Below, piece by piece: positions 27,357 to 42,686 of a DNA stretch of 64,000 nt. The stretch lies in assembly GCF_009914755.1 (NCBI RefSeq), contig NC_060936.1; one strand, 5' to 3'. Within the stretch, counting starts at the first letter, position 1. Each line of letters opens with the position of its first letter. The stretch is from the human T2T-CHM13v2.0 reference genome, Homo sapiens. The translations under genes were made by a program, and so were the position numbers. The notes under the pieces were generated by a model, which made no database searches, was not told where the DNA came from, and saw only the letters and a list, made by a program, of their open reading frames with translations.

Positions 27357-27534
27357 AAAAAGCATTTGTTAACATTTAATAAACCTCCCCCCATGTGACT
27401 TTAAGTAACCAAGACTAGCCCCATACTCATAAACGCTTTTAATCTTCTCAGCTCTTCTGCTGAAGAATTTGGCTTTCATGATGATAGGCTGCTTTGGGAA
27501 CTTTTCCTTCCCCAGGCAGAACATTTTAGTAGGC
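27357..27534 (-). pseudogene. RPL27A: RPL27A last-exon pseudogene fragment (part of the snoRNA-host retrocopy)
   Basis: Translates to [28 protein letters not shown] versus RPL27[30 protein letters not shown]. Stop-position remnant at 27401-27403, 3'UTR-like agtcacatgg and ATTAAA at 27375-27380. The symbol names the parent gene. Confidence 0.92.
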
Positions 27535-27641
27535 CTAGAAAAACAGAGAAATGGCTTATAATACACCATAGCAGGTACCAACTCCCTGATGAGTATGAGG
27601 AAAGATGCCTCCCAACCCACACCTTCTGGGATCTAGGTAGG

Positions 27642-27765
27642 CCATGTTTCAGATACGCATACTAACACAGTCACTGCTCCTGCCAGTGAATCAAGACCAG
27701 TAGATTCATCGAGAACTCTAGCACACCAGACAAGAGCTGTGTCAGGATGTTACTCTAGTGTCAGC
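27642..27765 (-). ncRNA. SNORA3B: H/ACA snoRNA retrocopy, SNORA3B (SNORA45/ACA3-2) family, probably a pseudogene
   Basis: Minus strand gctgacactagagtaacatcctgacacagctcttgtctggtgtgctagagttctcgatgaatctactggtcttgattcactgg...gaaACAtgg matches SNORA3B as I recall it. The ACA box is 3 nt from the end and the H box is degenerate. It lies 107 nt upstream of the RPL27A last exon, and RPL27A is the known host. The symbol names the parent gene. Confidence 0.85.
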
Positions 27766-28114
27766 TCGAACTTAGCTTTTGAGTGTTTATTCTGGCATAT
27801 AATAGCACAAATTTAATTCCATAACATTCTTTATTTTCCTTTCTCCATATTCAGTTTCCAGATTCAGATTCTTAACCATCTCATTGTTATTTTTGCAGGA
27901 GACAGTAGTTTTCCCTCTTGCTTGGTACAGTCATTAGACATTCTTCATCTTTCATCAGTAATATTCTTAACGTACATTCCCAGCTAAGAGCCTTCTATTT
28001 TTATCTATTGCCAATATGGCAAATTCAAGACTTGTTAAGCTTAAATACATGACCTTCACATGCCTTGCATGTTTAGACTCATCTACTCTTTTTCCATTTT
28101 TTGATCTCTTCCCA

Positions 28115-28675
28115 AGCTCACATGGCTTGTGGTAACTTGTAGTTTATTGCAGGATACCAGCATGCCTGCCCCAGTTACTTGCTGACTGTGGCTAGATGGT
28201 GCCTTTAGTTTTTTGACATGTGGTCCTCTCCAAGGGGAAGTTCACTACACGGCAGCTTGATTATTTTGATTATTTAAAGCCAGTGAGGAAAACAGCCTCT
28301 TCACAAGGCTAAAAGCTAAAAATTTTTCAATAACATTTATTTAGTCAAACAGTGCTTGTTATTTATTCACTCTTTCAATAAATTGAGAACCTCCTACATG
28401 CACTGCAGTGTAGTATGCTTAGCTGCTATGCATACTACACTGTAGTATGCATACACAGTGTAGTATGCTTAGCTGCTATGCTTAGCTACTATGGATAAAT
28501 CAGACATGACCTTTTATATGCTATTATAAAGAGTAACACAGGCACATAATTACATATATCTCATCACTTTTATTATATTCTGTTGGTTGGAAACAAGCCG
28601 CAGGTTCCACTCACACTTAAGAGGAGGGCATTAGACAGAGTAAAGCTACCAAGAGGCAGAAATCATGCTATGTTC
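28115..28675 (-). mobile_element. MLT1-type MaLR LTR remnant, interrupted
   Basis: ctcacatggc...catgtggtcctctcca...ggcagcttg...catcacttttattatattctgttggttggaaacaag. Confidence 0.55.
28406..28493. repeat. Palindromic and direct micro-repeat mosaic
   Basis: cagtgtagtatgc 28406-28418 pairs with gcatactacactg 28430-28442. gcatactaca-c-tgtagtatgc at 28430-28450. 26-bp direct repeat at 28406 and 28456. Confidence 0.88.
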
Positions 28676-29089
28676 TATTCCAAACTTTCCATCAGCAAAC
28701 GGTGACAATACGTGCCTTTTAAAATCATCCTTTAAAATGTATTGAAAACCACATAGAAAAGCAGAAACACAAGCACAGATGCACATAAATGCTTATTATT
28801 TACAGAAATAAAATTTTACTATTTATACTGTTGAGCAATTAGTTCTTATTTCTTAACAGTCCACTGAGGACATTGTTCTATATTACCAGTAGTTACATAT
28901 CACAGTATATGTGCCTGCCTTCTTTTTAACTGGTATATATAGCAATTATTGATCATTATACTTGATAATTACAATGCTTAGGTCACGGTTATGAATTTGC
29001 CAGACATCAAATTAGGGATGATGTATACAAAATGTCAGAAGAGTAAGAAAAAGCAATGTGGAAGTAATGTTACAAAAATCCAGATATTT

Positions 29090-29285
29090 TCACAATAGAA
29101 CAATCCACAGGTGGCCACTGAAATTAAAATTAATTCAAATAAAAACAATTAAAATTTAGACCTTCAGTCATGTTAGTCACATTGCAAGTGTTCAATAGTC
29201 ATCACATGTGGCTAGTGACTACTGTACTGGACAGGGAAGATACAGAACACTCATGTTATCACAGAAACTTCTGTTGGGCATAGTT
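29090..29285. mobile_element. MER33/MER3-like hAT-Charlie DNA transposon fossil
   Basis: cttcagtca...cacattgcaagtgttcaatagtc..cacatgtggctagtgactactgtactggacag...atcacagaaacttctgttgg. Confidence 0.7.
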
Positions 29286-31764
29286 ATTACAGAAAACCAT
29301 GAAGAATAAAATATGGAGCTGGGTTTCAAGTTATTTTCTAGGATGTCATGTGGTTTTTCATTGGTGAGATAGTAGTAAGCATTTTCCCCTTAATCTATAA
29401 CACAAGAATGTAAAAAGCAAAATAATACTTACAGAAATACATAACACACAAATAAATGTAGAAACCTATTTAAATAAACTAAGGAAACAAACACAAAATT
29501 GTTTAACTTATTTAAAAATAAAAGAAGATGACATAATGGAAACTTTGTAATTTTAAAATATTTTTATTATTTATTTGATAAAATACCACTTTAAATTTAG
29601 GCTATTCTTCTATAAATCATTTCAGGTTCTATTCTCCTTTATTGATATATTTGTCTATTCTGGTCTTAGCGCCAAGTTATTAATTATTAAACTTGGCTTA
29701 AATTTAATTATTTACATTTAATTAATAATATCACTATGTTGATGTTTTATATTTAATGCAGTAAAAAATAATGGTTATATTTAAAATATGTGACAAATCA
29801 ACGGCAAATTCTATCTAAGGAAAAAATTGAAATAAATGTGAGTATGCACACATAAATATATATGTAAGAATAAATTACCACATACTTATAAATATTTAAG
29901 CTTTTTATTAAACAATATGATTTTAAAATATATAATCTTTGCTAACAACTGATATCGCAAATAAATTAATAGCTTCTATGAAAGACCTTAGCATATGTAA
30001 GGAAAAGAATAAGAAACAGAAACTATAAAAAAATAGAAAAAATATAAAGAGGAAACTAACTCAATTTATCTTGAGATTGTCCTAATATAATCAAAATGTA
30101 ATTTTTAATGACAGGAATTTTTAAAAGGAAATTTTAATAATTATTATTTGGGTGCACAAGTATTAAAATATTAATGTATGCCTCTTAGTAGTTACATGAG
30201 CGATGTACTAGTATCATTTCCATTTTAATGTTATAAGGGATTAATTATTCTCCCAATGCCGCACTTCCAGTAAGAATTAAAGCAGGATTAGATACAGGTA
30301 CCTAAAATATTAATATTTTCTTTATATTTTCCAAATGTTTTGTAATGAACTAATTTGTGAAGTATGTATATATTATATATGTTTTATATTTACATATGAT
30401 ATATAATACAGTATATATAATATGTATGTATACCACATATCTACACAAAACAATCAAGTCTAAATCTAACTTTTGATAGGTAGAGAAATATTTTTTCTAT
30501 TGCATTTCAGAATCCATTTCCTTGGCAATAATGGTTCTCCTTATTTACTTGATTTAAATGTACACATAAAAGTTATTTATACTAGCCATGGTCTCACAAT
30601 ACAAATTTTTCATACTGCTGAAGGTTTATGAAGTACAGAGAGGTCTTGACAAAATGTCATACAAAATTAAATAAGGTAAATTATTTGTCAATCAGTATGA
30701 ATAAAACATAAGTTGTATAAAAGAAAGAAAATTATTTTAATAATTAGGAAGCCATAAAATAGCATTAGAATATGAGACATACCTGTAGCAGAGGCTGACT
30801 AATCAACCTGTGAGCCAAACAATTAATCAAATACTGACCAGAATTTGCTGCGGAGGTAGACTTAGATGCTGGTACTAGTGCTTGGAAAAACACATTCCAA
30901 AGGTTTAAAGCAGGCTGTTAAATCTATCTTGTATCACAGACTGTCAGAGAGAGTATAGTAGGATAAAGATGATGGAGACCAGATCCATAACCACAAGATG
31001 TAGGAATCACTGCCAAGTTAGTAGTTATATTCTATTAATGTAGGCTATAATGTTCTACCTAATCTGTTAGTTGAAAAAACATGCATATGTAAATAAAATA
31101 TGTATGTATTACTACAAATAAAAGTGCATTAATTTTATGTATTAATATTTTTACTACTGGAGTAAGAATTATGGTTAAATAATGACTTTCTAAGTATGGT
31201 GTACCTTTATTCATTGACTTAGTGTTTTGCTAAATGATTTCTAGTATGCAAAAATGAGACCAACCCTGTTTTAATATTATTATGCCAGAAAACCAACAGA
31301 ATAACCAAACTGACCACAAGTTTCATAGTATAACTTAAGAAAAATAAAAATTGAAGTGGGTCAATAAAACAAACAGAAACCCACAATTAATTTCAACAAA
31401 ATTAATGTAGAAATCAGAGTCTGGCTAAAATAAAATATGCATTTTATAAAAGACAAATTATAAGAACAAGAATATTCAAATTAAAAATGACAAAGTTGGT
31501 ATAAATCACATATAAAAAGATATTAATTACAATATAAAATAAAATATTAGTGTAAACATACATTAAAATGTCAGAATTATAAAAAACTAAACTTTATGAA
31601 AATTAACAAAATAATAAAATCAAATTGACCACACACTAAAAAAAAATTACTAGTTTTCAAACATTATATTTAATCATTGGTTCAGGCTGAGATTTTATGT
31701 TAACATTTTCAGTTTTTCATGAAAAACAATTTTCAAGAACACATAGTTTGAGATAATGAAAAAT

Positions 31765-32222
31765 ATACTTGCACATGCATGTATATAGCAACACAATTTG
31801 CAATTGCAAAAATGTGGAACCAACTCAAATGCCCATCAATCAATGAGTAGATAAAGAAACTGTGATCTATCTACCTATCTATCTATTGATCTATCTATCT
31901 ATCTATCACCTATCTGTGGATGAGATTGGAGACTATTATTCTAAGTGAAGTAACTCAGGAATGGAAAATCAAACATCGTATGCTTTCACTCCTAAGTGGG
32001 AGCTAAGCTATGAGAATGAAAAGGCATAAGAATTACACAATGGAGTTTAGGGGCTTGAGGGAAAGGGAGAGAAGGGGGCGAGGGATAAAAGAGTACAAAT
32101 AGGGTGCAGCGTGTACTCCTCACATGATAGATGCACAAAAATCTCACAAATCACCACTAAAGAACTTACTTACATAATCAAATACCACCTGTTCCCCAAT
32201 AACTGATAGAAATAAAAAATTG
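31765..32222 (+). mobile_element. L1PB (L1PB1-like) 3' end, with a (TCTA)n tract at 31865-31916
   Basis: caattgcaaaaatgtggaaccaa...gtaactcaggaatggaaa...ctcacaaatcaccactaaagaacttact. Confidence 0.85.
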
Positions 32223-32889
32223 AAAAAGAAAAGACATGTTCACTGGGCAACATCAAAAGTAATAAGGATAATTACTTTTCATTAAGATAGGGTTTTTTCC
32301 CATCCAATAAATAAATAAATAATGAATAATATGGAAGTTTTCTCAGTAGGTTTTATAAACTCAGAAACAAAAAAATTCAAATCATTCTCTTACCATACGT
32401 TAATTCTTATTCAATGTTTTATTACCTCACTGATTCTAGCTCTCTCAGTATAAATATGAATGTGTATGTGTGTGTATATATGTATATATATATACTTCAT
32501 TTACACACACACACAGGTTTCATTCACAGCACCTTTTACAGGTTTCAGCACCATTCTTCCCAAAATTGATAAAGCTTCATAAGAATGTATGTTCTATCAA
32601 GCATTAATCCTAATTGTCCTATGTAATACTTAACCCTCACGACAACTGCAGAACACATAATCTTTCACACCACACATGGAACACTCATTAAGATGAGTAT
32701 ATAATGAACTATAAAACATGTCTCAAGAAATTAAAAATTATTTAAATCATACAATGTATGTGATCACAATGGGACAGTATCAGAAATCTATTTTTTCAAG
32801 TACCTGGAAAATCCCCAAATATTGCAAATTAAATATAACAGTTGTAGTCACCCATTGTGCAGAGAACAAAATTACAAGGTAACTCAGAA

Positions 32890-35110
32890 ACTGGAAGTGA
32901 ATACAGCCACATTCTCAGAAAAACACAATAAAAATAGAAATCAATAGCAAGAAGATATCTCAAAGCCATACAATTTACATTGAAATTAAAAATCTTGCTG
33001 AATGGCTTTTGAGTAAACAATAAAATTAAGGCAGAAATTAAGAAATCTTTGAAACTAATGAAAGCAAAGGCAAAACATACCAGACTCTCTGCGACACAAC
33101 TAAAGCACTTTTAAGAGGAAAGTTTATAGCACTAAATATCCACCTCAGAAAGTTAGTAAGGTCTCAAACTAACAACCTAACATCACACCCAGAAAAACTA
33201 GAAAACAACAGCAAACAAACCTCAAAGCTAGCAGAAAAAAATTACTAACGTCAGAGCTAAACTGGAAAAAAAAATAAGGCAGGAAAAAGCATATGAAAGA
33301 TCAACAGAATGAAAAGTGGTTATTTGAAAGGATAAAAAGGATTGATAGACTGCAAGCTAGAACAATAAAGAAACAAAGAAAGAAGATCAAAATGAACACA
33401 AACAGGATTGGCAAAGGAGATGTTAACATTTGCCTCATGGAAAAAAAAAACCAGAATATTATGAACATATCTATTCACACAAGTTAAAAAATATAGAAGA
33501 AATGGATAAATTCCTGCAAACATATAACTTCCAAGACTGAACCAGGAATAACTTGAAACCCTGAATAGACCAATAATAGGTTCCAAAATTGAATCAGTAA
33601 TAAAAAGCTTACCAACCAGAAAAAGCCCTAGATCAGATGGATTCACAGCCAAGTTCTAGCAGACAAATGAAAAAGAGCTGATACAATTCTACTGAAAATA
33701 TTACAAAAAACTGAGGAAACGGAACTCCTCTCTAACTTATTATATGAGGCCAGCATCATGCTGATATCAAAAGCTGGCAGACACAGTGAGAAAAGCAAAC
33801 TTCAGGCCAATATCCCTGATGAACATACATGTAAAAATCCTCAACAAAATACAAGCAAACTGAATCCAGTAGCACATTAGAAAGCCAATCCACCACAATC
33901 AAATAGACTTCATTCCTGGGATGCAAGGTTAGTCCAACATACACAAATCAATAAATGTGATTCATTACATAGAATTAAAACAAAAAAACACATGATCATC
34001 TCAATAGAAGAAGAAAAGGCATTCAATAAAATTTGATCCCTTCATGTTAAAATCCCTCAATAAACTAGGCATCAAAGAAACATGCCTCAAAATAAAAAGA
34101 GCCACCTACGACAAACCCTGCCCCCCACCCCACCACCAACATCACATTAAAAGGTAAAAGCTGGAAGCATTCCGCTTGAGAACTGGCACAGCATGAAGAT
34201 GCTCCTTCCCACCACTCCTATTGGAAATAGTACTGTAAGTCTTAGCCAGAGCAAGCAGGCAAGAGAACAAATAAAAGTCATCCAAATATGATGAGAGAAA
34301 GTCAAACTATCTTCACAGGTGATAAAATTCTATACCTAGAAAACCCCATAGTCTCTGCTCAAAGGCTCCTAGAACTGATACACAACTTCAGCTATGTTTC
34401 AGGGTACAAAAGATATGTACAAACATCAGCAATATTTCTATAAACCAATAATGTCTAAGTCCACAGCCAAATCAAGAATGCAATCCCATTTACAATTACC
34501 ACAAAGAGAATACAATAGGTAGGAATACAGCTAGCCAGGGAGGTGAAAGATCTCTACAACGAGAATTTCAAAACACTGCTGAAAGGAATCAGAGATGTCA
34601 CAAACAAATGGAAAAACATTGCATGTTCATAGACAGGAAGAGTCAATATCGTTAAAATTTCCTTACTGCCCAAAGCAATTTAAAGATTCAATGCTCTTCC
34701 TTATCAAAACACCTATATCATTCTTCGCAGAATTAGAAAAAAAATTCTGAAGTTCATGTGGAACAGAAAAGAAGCCTGATAACCAAAGCAATCGGAAGCA
34801 AAAAGAAAGAAGCTGGAAGTATCACATTACCTGAATTCAAATTATACTACAAGGCTACAGTAACCAAAACGACCTGGTAGTGGTACAGAAACAGACACAT
34901 AGAACAATATAACAGCTTAGAGAATCCAGAAATAAAGCCACACACTTAAAATAATCTCATCTTTGACAAAGTTAACAATAACAAACAATAGGGAAGAAAT
35001 CCCTATTCAATAAATGGTGCTAAGATACCTGGCTAGCTACATGCAGAAGCTGGAAACCGGACCCCTTTTTGTCACCGTATATGAAAATCAACTTAAGGTG
35101 GATTAAGCAC
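32890..35110 (+). mobile_element. L1PA16-like LINE, ORF2 region (5' part, interrupted)
   Basis: Degenerate ORF2 including RT motifs (aggccaatatccctgatgaacata, ttcattcctgggatgcaaggtt). Continues at 38185. Confidence 0.88.
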
Positions 35111-38100
35111 ATTTTTTGTTGTAATTTTATTTTTTATATTTGGGGGTACATAGTAGATGCATATATTTGTGGGATTCGTGAGATATTTTAATATAGGCAT
35201 GCAATGAGAAATAATCATATCAGAGTAAATGGGGCATCCATCACCTCAAATATTTATCCTTTGTGTTACAAACAATCCAATTATACTCAGTTATTTTCAC
35301 ATATACAATTATTCTTTTAATATAGTCACCTTGTTGTGCTAGGAAATACTAGGTGATATTCATTTTTTCAACATGTTTTTGTACCCATTAACCCTCCCCA
35401 TATCCCTTCCAACCCTTCACCATCCTCCGTGGTCTCTGTTAATCATTCAACTCACTATCTCCATGAGTTCAATTATTTTAATTTTTAGCTTCCACAAATA
35501 AGTGGGAACAAGATAGGTTTGTCTTTCTGTGCCTGGCTTATTTCACTTAACATAATGACTTCCAGTCCCATCCATGTTCTTGCAAGTAACAGGATCTAAT
35601 TTTTTTAATGGCTGAATAGTAGTCTATTGTGTATATGTACCTCATTTGCTTTATCCATTCACCTATTGATGGACAAATGAGTTGTTTCCAAATCGTGGCC
35701 ATTGTTATTAATGTTTGGGAAATCCTCTGTCATTATCCTTTTGAATAAGCTTCCTACCTGTGTATCTCTGCCTCCCCTTTAAGGCCAATAATGCTAGATT
35801 TGCCCTTTTGAGGCTATTTTCTAGCTCTTTCAAGTATGCTTCACTGTTTTCATTCTTTTTTCTTTTTTTCCCCTGGCTGTATTTTCAAATAGCCTGCTTC
35901 AAACTTGATAATTCTTTCTTCTGCTTCATCAATTGTGCTATTAAGAGACTCTGATGCATTCTTCACTATGTTAACTGCATTTTCCAACTCTAGAATTTCT
36001 GCTCAATTTTTTAGTTATTTCATTCTCTTTGTTAAATTTATCTAATAGAATTCTTAATTCAGTTTCCTCAAAACAGCTATTTTGAATTCTCTCTATGAAA
36101 GTTCACATATCTCTGTTTCTCCAGGATTGATCCCTGGTGCCTCATTTATGTCATTTGGTGAGGTTACATTTTCCTGGATGGTCTTGTGCTTATGGATGTT
36201 TGTCTGTGCCTGGGCATTGAACGGATAGGTATTTATTGTAGTCTTCACTCTCTGGGCTTGTTTGTACCTGTCCCTCTTGGGAAGTCTTTCCAGGAATTCA
36301 AAAAGACTTGGGTATTGTGGTCTAAATTGCATCTGCATTAGGAAGCACCCCCGAACCAGTAATCCTGTGGTTTTTGCAGACTCCTAAAGATACTACCTCA
36401 ATAGTCTTGAATAAGATCTGAAAGAATACTCTGTATTACCAGGCAATAAAAACTCTTCTTCAATTCCCTTAACTTTTCCCAACAAATGGAGTCTGTCTCT
36501 GTTCTGAGCCACCTGTAGATGATGGTAGGGGAACACAAGCTCCCCTGTGGCCACCAACACTGGGACTGTGCTGGGTCACACCTAAAGCCAGTACAGTACA
36601 GGGGCTCACCAAGGCCCACTGTAATCACTGCCTGGCTACTGTCTTATGTTTGCTCAAGGCCCAGAGGCTCTACAATCAGCAGGTAGTGAAGCCACCTAGG
36701 CTTGTGTCCTTCACTTCAGGACAGTGAGTTCCTCTGGGCCCCCAGCAGGTCCAGAAGTGCATTCTGGGAGCCAGGGACTGCAATAAAAAACCTTACAAGT
36801 CTACCTTGTGTTCTATTGTACAGTGGCTGAGCGAGCACCCAAACCATAAGACACAGTCCTTCCCTCTCTTCCCTCCCTTTCCACAGGAAGTGAAGCCCCA
36901 TAGTAAGTAATGCCAGGCTACTGCCAATATTCCCTTCAGGCCCAAGGGAACCTCATTTGGCTTGTGGTGAACACTGCCTGGCCTGGGACTCAACATTCAG
37001 GGCATTAGGTTCCCCTCTAGCCCAGAGATGGTCCAGAAATGCTATCCAAGAGCTAAGGCCTAGAGTGAGGGAGCCCAAGAATCTGCTTGGTGCTCTACCC
37101 TGCTGTGGTTGAGATGGTACCTAAGGTCCAAGACGAAGTCTCCTTTACTTTTCCCTCCACTTTTCTCAAGCAGAAAGAGTGTCTTCTTATAGCTAACACA
37201 GCTGGGATTATGCTGAGTCTCACCTGAGGCCAAAAAGTCTCAGTTTCTCACCCGAGGCCCTTGGCATACTACCTGGGTATTACTGCAGATTATTCAGGGA
37301 TTAAGGGCTCTCCGGTCAACAGGTGATGGCTCATGTCCTTCATGACAATGAGTTCCTTTCTGGCCCAGGATATGTCTAGAAATGTCATCTAGGAGTTAGA
37401 GCCTGGAAAGGGAGCCTCACAACTCTGCATGGTGCCCTCTTCTACTGTGGCTGAGCTGATGTCCAAATAAAAGACAAATTCCTCTTTAGTCTTACTTCTC
37501 TCCTCAAGCAGAAGGAAGGGGTTTGTTTTGGAGCCACAACCTGTGAAGCCTGAGTTTGGGGAAAGGGTGGTGCAACACTGTCTCAGCCACCCTGGCTGGT
37601 GTCTCAGTACCCCCTAAGGCTACTGGTTCTGAGCGTAGTCAGCACTGGGACTCACCTAGGATTTTCAGTCCTTGAGGCTTAGACTGCTTTTCAAGTTTTT
37701 GTAGAGCCCCAGAGTACTTTAGCCCAGGGTGGTAAGGCTTACTGGAATTCACATTCTGACCATTGGTTTGAGTGATTCCCCTATGGCTAGAGCCTGTTTA
37801 AACGATCCCTACGTGGGTGGGTATCAGCTCAGTTCAGCTCGATATTGCCTTTTGCTGTTGACAGGACAACACTGAGTTCAATGCAGCATCTCAGAGTTGT
37901 TTCACTCTCTCTACCCAAAGTGCACAGATTTTCTCCCAGTGACACATAGCTGCGGCCAGGGGATGGTGGAGGGATGGTGTCAGCAATTCAAGATTGTCTT
38001 TCCTACCTTCCTCAATGCCTCTTTCAGTGATATGTAGTTAAAACAAGATACTGTGAGTGCTTACCTGATTTTTGGTTCTAATGAATGTGTCTTTTTGTGT

Positions 38101-38184
38101 AGGTAGTTGCTAAATTTGTGACCTTACAGGGGGACGAATCAGTGGAGCCATCTATTTGGCCATCTTTTTCCAACCTCTGTCTCA
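35111..38184 (-). mobile_element. L1MA2/3-like LINE with both ends and a large internal deletion, nested in the L1PA16
   Basis: 3'UTR at 35111-~35712, then ORF1/5'UTR to the 5' motif aagatggccaaataga near 38160. TSD gattaagcac 35101-35110 and gattaaacac 38185-38194. Confidence 0.82.
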
Positions 38185-39356
38185 GATTAAACACTTAATC
38201 ATAAACCTAAAGCTACAAGTACCCTAGAAGAAAACCTAGGAAACACCATTCTGAACATAGGCCTGGGCAAAGATTCATGACAAAGATGCCAAAAGCAATT
38301 GCAACAAAACCAAAAATTCACAAATGGGACCTCATTAAAGTAAAGAGCTTCTACACAGGAAAAAAAAATCTGTCAACAATGTAAACAGACAACCTATGGA
38401 ATGAAAGAAAATATTTACAAACTATGCATTCAAAAAAGGATCCAGAATCTATAAGGAAATTAAATAATTTAACAGGTACAAAACAAATAACCCCATTAAA
38501 AAATGGGCAAAGGACATGACAAGTCACTTTTCAAAAGAAGACATACAAGGGCCAACAAACATGAAAATAATGTTCCACGTAACTAATCATCAGAGAAAAG
38601 CAAATCAAAACTCTAATGAGATAACATTTCACACCAGTCAAAATGGCTATTAATAAAAAGTGAAAAAGCAGCAGATGCTTACAAGGCTGTGGAGAAAAGA
38701 GAATGCTAATACACTATTGGTGGGAATGTAAACTAGCTCAGCCACTGTGGAAAACAGTTTGTACATTTCTCAAAGAACTCAAAATAGAACTACCATTTGA
38801 CCCAGCAATTCCATTACTGGAAACACATACAAAAGAAAATAAATTGCTCTACCAAAAAAACACATGCACTTATATGTTTATCATAGCACTATTGAGAATA
38901 GCAAAGACATGGAATTAACCTAGCTGCTCATCAGCAATGGATTGGGTAGATAAAATGTGATATATATATATATATACACCATAGAATACTATGCAACCAT
39001 AAAAAATTATTTCCTTTCCAGCAACATAGTTACAGCTGGAGGCCATTATCCTTAGCAAATTAACATAGGAAACGAAAACCACATACTTCATGTTCTCACT
39101 TATAAGTGGGAGCAAACAATGGGCACTCATGAACCTAAAGACAGGAACAATAGACAACTAGACTACTAGAGGTGAAGACAGGTAGGGGAAAGGTTTTGAA
39201 ACCTAACTATTTGGTACTACACTCACTACTTGGATTATGGGATCAATCATTCTCCAAATCTTAGCATCACACAATATATCAATGTAACAAACCTGCCTGT
39301 ATACTCCCTGGACCTAAAAGAAAAGTTGGAATTACTAAAAAATAAATAAATAAAAT
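38185..39356 (+). mobile_element. L1PA16-like LINE 3' part (ORF2 C-terminus, 3'UTR, A tail)
   Basis: ORF track 38703 (HYWWECKLAQPLWKTV...ELPFDPAIPLL) is the ORF2p C-terminus. Ends aaaagttggaatt followed by an A-rich tail. Confidence 0.88.
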
Positions 39357-39425
39357 ATCATATTTTCATATTTCTATGCTTAAGATAATTTTGATTTTTA
39401 TATAATAATCATTAAAAAGTATATC

Positions 39426-39912
39426 TGAAATAGGAGACTGGCAGGATGTGTTTTCTGGTCACAACCCTGTTGACCAAAACAAGATCTGATCTAGACACAA
39501 TATGGTAAAGAAACTAGTCAAAACCAGCAGATGGTGAGGAAAGTGATCTCAATCAGCCCTCGTTACTCATTAGCATAAGACACTCCCACAAGTGCCATGG
39601 CAGTTCACAAATTCCATGGCAATGACCAGGAAGTTACTGCCCTCTTCCATGACAACAACCCATAAGTTACCACAACTTTCGTAGATATTTCTGGATACCC
39701 TGCCCCTTTATTTGCATGTAACTGAAAGTGGGTCTAAGTAGATATAAATACTTTGCCCATAGCCTAGAAGTGCAGTTCAGGGCACACTGCCTATGAGTTA
39801 TCCTTGCTCCAAAAGGAGCAGTTGCAGTTCCATAAAAGATTGCCGTTCAACACCACCGGCCCAGTCTTGTATTCTTTCCTCAATCTGGGGGCTCGCCTAC
39901 CTGCCTGTATCA
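39426..39912 (+). mobile_element. MER66-like ERV1 solo LTR
   Basis: TG...CA ends, ctcattagcataagacactcccac, ccatggcaatgaccaggaagttac. TSD tatc/tctc. Confidence 0.72.
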
Positions 39913-40206
39913 TCTCTACACCCAAAATTTATCTCAGACAAATTGTTTTCACGCTAATTTTCTGTTTCCTTTACCTGTATATTGACTCCTTCAATTAAAC
40001 TTTCTGAGAAAGTTTATGAGAAATTTGCCTTATGTGTAAAAACAAGGAACAAATCTACCATTATTTTTCTTAAAATTCTTACATACAAAAGATGTGACCA
40101 TGACCATTACAAGTCACTATCCTCATTCTTGAACATTATTTGGACATTTTAATAGGCTGATCTGGTTCTAACAAAAGCTGCTCACTTAAAAAATGACAAA
40201 ATGAAA

Positions 40207-42686
<2,480 letters not shown>

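Noticed and set aside
27369-27620. 83-aa ORF as a functional RPL27A-like gene
   Set aside because: Only about 30 residues match. The N-terminal part is intron-derived, and indels shift the frame before the native stop.
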